In this document: one piece after another, positions 17,506-24,986 of the stretch
How the letters are laid out: each line of letters opens with the position of its first letter
Position numbering within the stretch: position 1 is the first letter of the stretch
DNA from: an uncultured Lentisphaeria bacterium
GTDB lineage: Bacteria; Verrucomicrobiota; Lentisphaeria; JABSQK01; JAJFLO01
Direction: 5' to 3'
Assembly (NCBI GenBank): GCA_951812855.1
Contig: OX638337.1
Location: 840,001 to 872,000 of the forward strand
DNA: 32,000 nt
Program-made: the position numbers and the translations under genes
The notes under the pieces: model-generated
Told to the model about the DNA's origin: nothing
The model's input: the letters and a program-made list of their open reading frames with translations, nothing else
The model's database searches: none

Positions 17506-17967
17506 TCATTTTGAAACTTGTTTTTTATAGAAACGAATAACTCTCTGGTCTGGCGATGCCGACTCAAAGTTAATAACAATGCAATCAGAATCCAGTAAAT
17601 TTGGAATACGATCCCCCCATTCAATAACGGTAATTGCGTTTTTGTTATTAATGAATTCGTCAATACCAAAGGCCAACGCACTATCTTCGGTCTCGATTCG
17701 ATACAGATCTAAGTGATAGAGAGTTTTGCCGGCACATTCATATTCCTGAATAATTGTAAAACTGGGACTGGTTATTGGTAATTCTACTCCGAAGCCACGT
17801 GCTATACCTCGGGTAAATACTGTTTTTCCAACTCCAAATTCACCACACAGGGCCAATGTTGTTCCACAAGTCAGAGTTTTAGCAAAACATGCCCCTTTTT
17901 TTTCTGTCTCATACTCTTGATTTGATATAAATTTCTCGATTAAATTTTCAGATTTAATAATGGTCAT
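17506..17967 (-). CDS. tsaE: tRNA t6A37 biosynthesis ATPase TsaE (YjeE)
   Basis: P-loop GEFGVGKTVFTRGIARG, SPSFTIIQEY and HLDLYR motifs; 153 aa. Confidence 0.88.
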   Translation of the reverse strand: MTIIKSENLIEKFISNQEYETEKKGACFAKTLTCGTTLALCGEFGVGKTVFTRGIARGFGVELPITSPSFTIIQEYECAGKTLYHLDLYRIETEDSALAFGIDEFINNKNAITVIEWGDRIPNLLDSDCIVINFESASPDQRVIRFYKKQVSK

Positions 17968-18095
17968 AACAGTTTTCCAATGTAAAAAAATATAACAAAT
18001 ATTTCATAACACGATTTAATCATGCACGTTGACATGTGATGTAGCAGTATTAGACTTCGGCAGTAATTATCGCTGACCTGAAAACTTATATTTAA

Positions 18096-18368
18096 ATGGT
18101 TATAATCTATAGTCACTTTTTAAAACAGAACATTGTCGTTGATACAGAAACATATCTTTTTTATGTCGGTCAACTGGTTCAATTTGAAGAACGTTCATTC
18201 CTGTTAAGTGATGTATTAATCATTGACACGACAATCATAAAAATTCCCGTTGAAAAATATTTAATTGAATGTTCAGAACAGGGTTTTTCACCGAGTCGGA
18301 AATCGATTTGGATAAATGCAAATAAAGTCATATCTATCTCGTTACTTTCCGATATCATCATCTTGTAA
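18096..18368 (+). CDS. Hypothetical protein (doubtful ORF)
   Basis: This 90-codon ORF is the only one in a 770-nt gap. No RBS, no recognisable motif. Confidence 0.25.
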   Translation: MVIIYSHFLKQNIVVDTETYLFYVGQLVQFEERSFLLSDVLIIDTTIIKIPVEKYLIECSEQGFSPSRKSIWINANKVISISLLSDIIIL

Positions 18369-18662
18369 CGCATTGAAATATCCTATGTCAGGAATACTTA
18401 TTTAAGTCATAACACTATACTTTTATTCTACAAATAAAACATCTAACACACTGAACACAATATCGTCGGTGAACCGTTAACAGACAGTTGGTGTATCACA
18501 CATAGTTTTGATTCTATTTTTTGCTGTGAAGTTGCCGAGCATCTCCCCGGACAGTCGATTATTCAGTAAAATTGCAAGAATATTGCACCAGGGGGGATAC
18601 GATTTCGAAGAGAAACGGAAAAACATAGAGTGTTCTTTTTGCAATTTTTTTGCATTTAGTCC

Positions 18663-18718
18663 TTGACAGTCCTAAAATAATGATTACTTTGAATTGAAAA
18701 TTAAGTAAGACTTATATT
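18663..18718 (+). promoter_or_regulatory. Candidate promoter plus Fur-box-like half site upstream of the MerC-like gene
   Basis: TTGACA at 18663-18668. ATAATGAT (18677-18684) equals positions 2-9 of the 19-bp Fur box consensus GATAATGATAATCATTATC and sits inside the palindrome TAATGATTA (18678-18686). An alternative promoter is TTGAAT (18689-18694), 18 nt spacer, TATATT (18713-18718). Such matches are weak evidence in AT-rich DNA. Confidence 0.3.
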
Positions 18719-18748
18719 CATCATAAAACACGTGCATTGATAAACACT

Positions 18749-19240
18749 ATGAAATCAACAGTATTTACGGATAAATTCCATGGAAGAATTGATAAATTTG
18801 GGGCTGTCGTCTCCTTCGCCTGTGCAGTCCATTGTATTGCAATTCCAATGTTAATTACTCTGCTTCCTTTATTAGGATTAAGTTTTTTATTAGATCAAAC
18901 GATCGAAAAGATTTTTTTAGTTTCCACCATTTGCCTTGCAGCCTTTAGTCTTTGCTGGGGATTTGTAATCCATAAAAAAATTCAGGCACTCTTAGTTTAT
19001 ACCGCCGCCGCATCAATGATCATTTGTGCAGTATTTATTCTTCCCCATCATCATGGTCATGATAACCACCAGAATTTAACAATGACTTCAGCGTCAGAAA
19101 CAGTGGTGTCACATCCGCAAAGTGATCCATTCGGGCTGCTTTTACTCCTTGCCGGCAGCAGTGCAATTGCTTTAAGCCATATCTTGAATCGTCATTTTTG
19201 CAAATCCTGCATCAAATGTAAAGAGCATCATCATTCATAA
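18749..19240 (+). CDS. MerC-like His/Cys-rich integral membrane protein (putative metal transporter)
   Basis: I placed the start at ATG 18749 (the listed ORF uses TTG 18737). DKFGAVVSFACAVHCIAIPMLITLLPLLG resembles the conserved first TM (CAxHC) of MerC-domain proteins, from memory. There are four hydrophobic segments, a loop LPHHHGHDNHQ and a C-terminus CKSCIKCKEHHHS. Confidence 0.7.
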   Translation: MKSTVFTDKFHGRIDKFGAVVSFACAVHCIAIPMLITLLPLLGLSFLLDQTIEKIFLVSTICLAAFSLCWGFVIHKKIQALLVYTAAASMIICAVFILPHHHGHDNHQNLTMTSASETVVSHPQSDPFGLLLLLAGSSAIALSHILNRHFCKSCIKCKEHHHS

Positions 19241-19422
19241 TAAATCGCCAGGGATTTCATACAGAATCCAATTTCATTTTAATTAATTGGGTATTGCAGG
19301 GCTGGTATCTTTAATGGAATTCATGCCTTCGCATACTAAAAAGAGTTTCAAACTGAGAAATACCTCACTGAATCATGAACCCAATGACGATCACAAACTA
19401 ATCCTTAATTCCTGATTATATT

Positions 19423-19440
19423 GTTTCACAAATATGAAAC
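19423..19440. promoter_or_regulatory. Inverted repeat GTTTCA-N6-TGAAAC upstream of the Fur-family gene
   Basis: Read directly: GTTTCA 19423-19428, spacer caaata, TGAAAC 19435-19440. It lies about 95 nt upstream of the ATG. Confidence 0.25.
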
Positions 19441-19479
19441 GGGTGATATAGAACCTCCTTTAGTTTTAATTATTATTTG

Positions 19480-19509
19480 ATTGTTACTGGAAAACAATTT
19501 GGATATAAA
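19480..19509 (+). promoter_or_regulatory. Candidate sigma70 promoter of the Fur-led cluster with an overlapping palindromic operator
   Basis: -35 TTGTTA (19481-19486), 17-nt spacer, -10 TATAAA (19504-19509), 24 nt before ATG 19533. The inverted repeat ATTGTT (19480-19485)-N7-AACAAT (19493-19498) covers the -35 and the spacer, which is the geometry expected for an autoregulated repressor. Confidence 0.4.
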
Positions 19510-19532
19510 TTGTGATTTTACTTTCATAAACT

Positions 19533-20030
19533 ATGGATACAGTCAAATCTAAAACGAGCTGCACCGATTATTACAGCCAAAAATGTGAACAGATTCTTAG
19601 AGATTCCGGTGCAAAAGTAACAAAGCCCAGACTTGCCGTAATAAAGCTGTTGTCTACGGCAACTGATTGCCTGTCTCCTCGAGAAATCCTTGAGGAGATT
19701 AATTTAACATCTCGCAAAAAATCAACCCAGGTCATTGATCAGGTCTCTGTATATCGAATTCTGGATGCATTTTTGAAACTCGGATTAGTTCATCAGGTAT
19801 TCCCGACAGGTGGCTATATTGCATGTACTCACCTAAACTGCAAAGCCGGATTACATATTCTAATTCATTGTACAGAATGTCACAATACCGAAGAAATTGA
19901 TATTCCGGGGGATATTTTTTCACCATTAAAATGGTATATAGAGCAACACAAAAGTTTTGTGCCAAAAAATCATTTATTCCAAATCGACGGTACTTGTATG
20001 CATTGTCGAAAACACGATGAAATTAATTAA
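19533..20030 (+). CDS. Fur-family metalloregulator (Zur/Fur/Nur-like; metal specificity unknown)
   Basis: Winged-helix part (KVTKPRLAVIKLLSTA...LSPREILEEI...VSVYRILDAFLKLGLVHQV) and two CxxC pairs (HCTECHN and GTCMHCRKH). The usual HHDH regulatory-site cluster is reduced to LHILIH. Confidence 0.85.
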   Translation: MDTVKSKTSCTDYYSQKCEQILRDSGAKVTKPRLAVIKLLSTATDCLSPREILEEINLTSRKKSTQVIDQVSVYRILDAFLKLGLVHQVFPTGGYIACTHLNCKAGLHILIHCTECHNTEEIDIPGDIFSPLKWYIEQHKSFVPKNHLFQIDGTCMHCRKHDEIN

Positions 20031-20056
20031 ATTTTTAATCTTAACCTTTACATATA

Positions 20057-21004
20057 ATGTGGCTGAGACAATACCGGGCAATCGTCCATAATTCATTTAT
20101 TGTCACGACAGGTGATCCTTTTTATTTGATTTTACATCTGACAGCATTATTTCTGATTGCCTTGTTAGGCTGTATACCGGGATTTACCTACGGTGAACAT
20201 ATGCAGTTATACCGGGATCAATGCCAGGTATTGATCTTTATGATTGGATGTCTTGGTATTACCTTTGGATTTACCCGGGTAATTACGGATGACATTCGAC
20301 GTGGTGCCGGAGCAATACTTCTAAGCCGCCCTATTAGCCCCACATGTCTGATTTTGGGTAAATGGAGTGGTGTATTTATCAGTATACTGCTTCTGCATCT
20401 ATCAGAATTATCAGGGTACTTATGGATATCCGAAGTTGCTTCGGATCCGGAATATTTAAATCTGCCGAGTTTTATGGTCTATCTAATTATTATTATTATG
20501 GCGTTACTCATCAGTGCAGGTCGTCATTATTTATTCGGCGGTTCATATGTATTGTATGCGAATATCATTTTAATTACTCTGATTGTTTTAGGAATCATTA
20601 CGAAAACGGTTATTCAGGGCAATCAGCACTTTGACTGGCCGGGGCTGCAAAGTGGTGCAGTTCTTTTGTTTGCTATCATCGTATTTTCTGCCCTGATATT
20701 ACCCGTTGCTGTTAAAACAGATTCTGTCATTGTCCTAAGTATTGGTGTCATTGCATTTTTCTTTGGCTTGATTTCAGAATATTTGATTAATATAATTTTA
20801 CTCAATAATCCCCTGGCAATTCTGGTAAAAGCAATTGTGCCAAACTGGCAAATCTTTTGGATTTCAGACAGGCTGGGCGAGGGATTAAGCATACCAATCA
20901 GCTTTTATGGATTATGTGCAGTTCAAGCAGCGGCATTTTTATGTGTCTGTGTTATAATTTCAACAATCCTGTATGAACGCATGGAGATTCAAGGAGAATC
21001 ATGA
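20057..21004 (+). CDS. ABC-2-type permease-like polytopic membrane protein (NosY/COG1277-like)
   Basis: Six or more hydrophobic segments. RRGAGAILLSRPISPTCLILGKWSG matches the E/R-G-T-x-E-x-LLS-x-P-(I/V)-S-R-x4-GK motif of ABC-2 permeases. The stop overlaps the next start (ATGA at 21001-21004). Confidence 0.7.
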   Translation: MWLRQYRAIVHNSFIVTTGDPFYLILHLTALFLIALLGCIPGFTYGEHMQLYRDQCQVLIFMIGCLGITFGFTRVITDDIRRGAGAILLSRPISPTCLILGKWSGVFISILLLHLSELSGYLWISEVASDPEYLNLPSFMVYLIIIIMALLISAGRHYLFGGSYVLYANIILITLIVLGIITKTVIQGNQHFDWPGLQSGAVLLFAIIVFSALILPVAVKTDSVIVLSIGVIAFFFGLISEYLINIILLNNPLAILVKAIVPNWQIFWISDRLGEGLSIPISFYGLCAVQAAAFLCVCVIISTILYERMEIQGES

Positions 21005-22884
21005 ATCAAAAACGCTATAACGGGAAATTATCGATTATTGCTGCAGGCATTCAATTGATTTTCTGTGTCGTCCTTTACGTCATCAGTTATCATATTGAAC
21101 CAGCGATTTCAGCTCACTTTATGGTTCAGGCAGCCAATCTCCTTTTTATATCAGCACTGATATCATTCACCTCATTTATTCATTCATATATGCAGAGCCT
21201 GGCTGATGAGGAAGTTGAAGAACTTAAAAAGTCAGACAAATCCGGCACACTTTTTGAAAATGAAGCAGATGGTTTATCAGGACGTTATAAAAATTCGAAT
21301 GCACAATTTAATAAGGTCATTCTTCCAGTCATAGTCATTTTAATAAGTATCATTGAATTTGCACTGACTTATAGTGTTATATCATTAGAATTAAACCATT
21401 CCCATACGATACTGCCCGAGAATCTCAATCCTCTACTGATCAGTGCCTCTGTTTTTATTTCATTTTCATGCTGCTTGTTTATCTTTGGTAAATACTGTAT
21501 GGGAATCGCTGAAGAGAGTAATAATATTTATATTATTCCTATAGGAAGTTACATGATTTTCTGCTCCTTCCTTTGCCTTGTTTCCGGAATCGCATCACTA
21601 TTGCATTTCTGGCAATTTGATAGTTTTACACGATCAGCTATGTGGTTGATGTGCGGACTTTCAATTATAATCGCTGTTGAACGACTCATCATTTTTATCA
21701 TAGAGAAATACCGCCCACAAACTCCTGATACGATCACATTATCTCTATATAACAGCCGGCTGCTGAGACTGATAAGCCAACCTCGCCGGATTGTTGCGAA
21801 CCTGGCAGAAGTCATTGAATATCAGTTCGGCGTTAATATTTCTGAACAGTGGCTGCAAAACTTTTGTTCAAGAATCTTTATTCCCTGCCTGTTTATACAA
21901 ATTATTTCCTTTTCTTTACTAACCTGCTTTACCTATGTAAATCCGGGAGAAACTGCACTTAAAGAATATATTGGTTCGACACAGATTAAAGAACTTTCGG
22001 CAGGACTTTATATCAATTATCCCTGGCCAATCAATCGTATTCACAGAATACCCACAAAGAAAATCTTTAACACATCAACGGGAACTGCACAAACAGAAAA
22101 ATTTCAAACCAACTCTGATGAAATATCCACTCCTGTTTTGTGGAATAACGATGCGTTTAATAATAATGTATTCCTGGTCGGGAGTAATAAATCTCAAATT
22201 CAACGTGCAAACCAAACATTCCGGATTCTGGATGTAAACCTGGTATCCGCAAGTATCAACGTACACTATAAAATCAATAACCCACTCACCTATTTTACGA
22301 TCCACAACGACAATGATGAATTACTCAAATTACTCAGCAGACAAGTCCTGAATCGCCATATCATTAATCATGATTTTTATGAATTGATTCGAAACACCTT
22401 TACTGATTTTTCGAAGCACTTAAAAAAAGATATTCAATCCATATCCAACACACATCAACTTGGCTGCGATATTATACATGTTGATGTAAGTTACATTCAA
22501 CCGCCACCGGCAGTCGCTAAATCATTTCAACAATTAATTTCGGCTCAACAATCAAAAATAAGCAATCAAATTCAGGCGCAAAAATACGCGATTCAAACAA
22601 TGGCCGAAGCAGATTCCGCAGTAAACCAAATCGTAAAACAGGCTGAAAGCGACACGGTTCTAACCACAAGTTTAGCAGAAGTTGAAAAGAACAATTACCT
22701 AAAACAACAGAAAATTTATAACAAATACCCCGAATTATATAAAACTCGTTTAACGATGGACACACTTGAATACTGGCTGCAAGACGTAAGAAAAATTGTA
22801 ATAAATTTCAAAAGTACGAAAGAAGTCATTAATCTTGAACTGAAGAAATCAACCCCGGATATCCTCGATATATCTGCAGACTGA
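21001..22884 (+). CDS. SPFH/Band-7 (HflK-like) protein fused to a ~310-aa polytopic N-terminal membrane domain
   Basis: Residues 1 to about 310 contain multiple hydrophobic segments. From about residue 315 an SPFH-like region follows (GETALKEYIGSTQIKELSAGLYINYPWPINRIHRIPTKK ... VDVSYIQPPPAVAKSFQQLISAQQSKISNQIQAQKYAIQTMAEADSAV), collinear with HflK (PGLH..PWPI..V; D(V/I)xPPxxVxxAFxxVxxAxQ). Confidence 0.8.
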   Translation: MNQKRYNGKLSIIAAGIQLIFCVVLYVISYHIEPAISAHFMVQAANLLFISALISFTSFIHSYMQSLADEEVEELKKSDKSGTLFENEADGLSGRYKNSNAQFNKVILPVIVILISIIEFALTYSVISLELNHSHTILPENLNPLLISASVFISFSCCLFIFGKYCMGIAEESNNIYIIPIGSYMIFCSFLCLVSGIASLLHFWQFDSFTRSAMWLMCGLSIIIAVERLIIFIIEKYRPQTPDTITLSLYNSRLLRLISQPRRIVANLAEVIEYQFGVNISEQWLQNFCSRIFIPCLFIQIISFSLLTCFTYVNPGETALKEYIGSTQIKELSAGLYINYPWPINRIHRIPTKKIFNTSTGTAQTEKFQTNSDEISTPVLWNNDAFNNNVFLVGSNKSQIQRANQTFRILDVNLVSASINVHYKINNPLTYFTIHNDNDELLKLLSRQVLNRHIINHDFYELIRNTFTDFSKHLKKDIQSISNTHQLGCDIIHVDVSYIQPPPAVAKSFQQLISAQQSKISNQIQAQKYAIQTMAEADSAVNQIVKQAESDTVLTTSLAEVEKNNYLKQQKIYNKYPELYKTRLTMDTLEYWLQDVRKIVINFKSTKEVINLELKKSTPDILDISAD

Positions 22885-22980
22885 CTGGATTTAGATATCA
22901 AGAAAATTTCACCCCTTATGACAAAAATTAACGATTAATAGACAGTAAAGCAACAGGGATCTAAAACCTGCGACCCGCTA

Positions 22981-23000
22981 TACCGTCAATTGATAACAAT
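22981..23000 (+). repeat. 20-nt repeat copy A (TACCGTCAATTGATAACAAT), 19/20 identical to 28011-28030
   Basis: Read directly. It is intergenic and ends 15 nt before the GTG start at 23016. Confidence 0.8.
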
Positions 23001-23015
23001 CTGGAGAATTTTGAC

Positions 23016-23900
23016 GTGAAATCAAAAATGCCAACACTAATTGCTTTTTTAGTCGCCGTTTTATTCATTTTTATACTATGTGCATACCAATTAAGAATTT
23101 CTGAATCGGTAATCGCAACAACATTTGGAAAACCAAAATTAGTTGACCAGCCAGGACTTCATTGGAGATTTCCCTGGCCTATTCAAAAAATAACCCGCTA
23201 CGACAATCGTAAACAGCTGCTCAAACTAAACCCGGGAGAAACTGTAACAAACGATAATATTAACCTTATCGTTGAATTATTCTGTACCTGGAATATTGAG
23301 GATCCGATACTTTTTTTTAACAGTGTCGGCAATTTTTTTGAGGCAGAATCAATTCTAAAAAGCCTGATTACCAGTGAAAGAGAATCTGTATTTAGAAAAC
23401 ACAGCATGCTGGACATCGTTAAATTGGGAAAAGCAGATGAAACATTGTCAGTCATTGAATCCGAGCTGCAAACTGGTATCAGTCAAAAGAGTCGGAACAA
23501 TTATGGCATTAATATTGATTTCGTCGGTATTGCTCAAATCAATCTGCATGAATCGAATACTACGAGCATTTTCAATAAAATGATCCGGGAACAGGAGAAA
23601 TTGGCTGCGGAGATCCGTTCTGAAGGGGAAAAAAATGCTAAAATCATTAGAGATAATGCGAATAATATGAAAGCACAGAAATTGGCAAGAGCCGAGGCAG
23701 AAGCCAAACGTATTCGTGGAGAAGCATTAATCAAAGCAGCAGAACAATACGAAAAATTTAATGAAAATCTGGACTTTGCAATTTTCCTGAGAAAACTCGA
23801 CGCACTGGAAGAAACGATGAAAACAAAAACAACCATTATCCTTGACCCTGAAACACCTCCATACGATTTACTTAAATATAAATATAACAGGAATAAGTAA
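23016..23900 (+). CDS. HflC-like SPFH/Band-7 membrane protein
   Basis: GGAGA RBS sits 8 nt before GTG 23016. There is an N-terminal TM (TLIAFLVAVLFIFILCAY), then GKPKLVDQPGLHWRFPWPIQKITRYD, and a C-terminal coiled-coil (AAEIRSEGEKNAKIIRDNANNMKAQKLARAEAEAKRIRGEALIKAAEQY...FAIFLRKLDALEETMK), collinear with HflC. Confidence 0.85.
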   Translation: MKSKMPTLIAFLVAVLFIFILCAYQLRISESVIATTFGKPKLVDQPGLHWRFPWPIQKITRYDNRKQLLKLNPGETVTNDNINLIVELFCTWNIEDPILFFNSVGNFFEAESILKSLITSERESVFRKHSMLDIVKLGKADETLSVIESELQTGISQKSRNNYGINIDFVGIAQINLHESNTTSIFNKMIREQEKLAAEIRSEGEKNAKIIRDNANNMKAQKLARAEAEAKRIRGEALIKAAEQYEKFNENLDFAIFLRKLDALEETMKTKTTIILDPETPPYDLLKYKYNRNK

Positions 23901-23931
23901 TAGTAATCAAAAGAAACAGGTTCAGATCCAA

Positions 23932-24981
23932 ATGACAAAAAAAGAGACAATTCAATCACCACCAAACAATGACGTGAATCCAGGTCGCGGTATTGCCGCA
24001 ATTCAGGATTCGTTAACAGTTGTGTTTACAGCGGTTCGTATTTTGATTGTGATATTAATCATCGCTTTTTTTGTAAGCGGCGTTAGAAATATTGAACAGT
24101 TTGAACAGGCAATTGTGATACGGTTTGGAGCACTTCATGGATCTGTCAAAGATGAAGCAGGAATGGTTTTTGCCCTGCCCTATCCAATTGATGAAATTAT
24201 AAAAGTACCTGCAAAACGAACTCAAATTATTAAATCCGATACGTATTGGTACAAACAAACTGATGAAGAGTCGAAAACGGGTAATTCTTCCGATATCCCA
24301 ATGTTCCTAAAACCCGGAGCAGACGGCTATTTAATTACCTCAGATCTAACTATATTACATGCAAAGTGTAATTTGAAATACAGAATCAATCACCCCCTGG
24401 ATTATGTATTCGAGTTTAACGATATCAACCAGTTTATACGGTATAGTCTTGATAACGCACTATTAAAATCTGTTTCCAAATTTAACAGTGAAAAAATCAT
24501 GAAAAACAGAAAGATTTTGAATGATTCTGTTTTTAGATTATTACAGCAGACAATTAGTAAATCAGAACTGGGAATTGAAATTGACCCCTTAGACATGCAA
24601 TTGAGCTGGCCCCGTCAGGTAACCAATGCAATTAACACAGTCACCCGGGCAAGTCAAGAGTATCAGGAAGAAATGGCCAGTGCAAACGTTTTTGATGATG
24701 ATCAAAAAAATAAAGCTGAGAGTCAATCATCCCAGATTGAATTGGCAGCACATACATGGGCAACAAAAAAAATAAGCAAAGCCAAAGCTGATGCTGCTAC
24801 GTTTAGAAAACTGTATCCGCTGTACAAAACCAATCCAAACATAATTAGTCAAATATTATACCAGGATAGAATTAAAAAGATCATGGCAAATGTTGATGAA
24901 ATATTTATCATTGATCCCTCTGAAAACAGGGAAATCCGAATCAATTTGCCAAGAAGTACAAATCGTTCAAAAAATAACTGA
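23932..24981 (+). CDS. Divergent HflK-like SPFH/Band-7 membrane protein
   Basis: I placed the start at ATG 23932 (MTKKETIQSPP...), because the listed 23842 start would overlap the preceding gene by 59 nt. There is a TM (VFTAVRILIVILIIAFFV), followed by NIEQFEQAIVIRFGALHGSVKDEAGMVFALPYPIDEIIKVPAKRTQ and a C-terminal helical region. Confidence 0.75.
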   Translation: MTKKETIQSPPNNDVNPGRGIAAIQDSLTVVFTAVRILIVILIIAFFVSGVRNIEQFEQAIVIRFGALHGSVKDEAGMVFALPYPIDEIIKVPAKRTQIIKSDTYWYKQTDEESKTGNSSDIPMFLKPGADGYLITSDLTILHAKCNLKYRINHPLDYVFEFNDINQFIRYSLDNALLKSVSKFNSEKIMKNRKILNDSVFRLLQQTISKSELGIEIDPLDMQLSWPRQVTNAINTVTRASQEYQEEMASANVFDDDQKNKAESQSSQIELAAHTWATKKISKAKADAATFRKLYPLYKTNPNIISQILYQDRIKKIMANVDEIFIIDPSENREIRINLPRSTNRSKNN

Positions 24982-24986
24982 TTTTT

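Noticed and set aside
19304-19405. A 33-codon ORF (MEFMPSHTKKSFKLRNTSLNHEPNDDHKLILNS) between the MerC-like and Fur-family genes.
   Set aside because: It has no RBS and no motif, and a length expected by chance in a 290-nt spacer.
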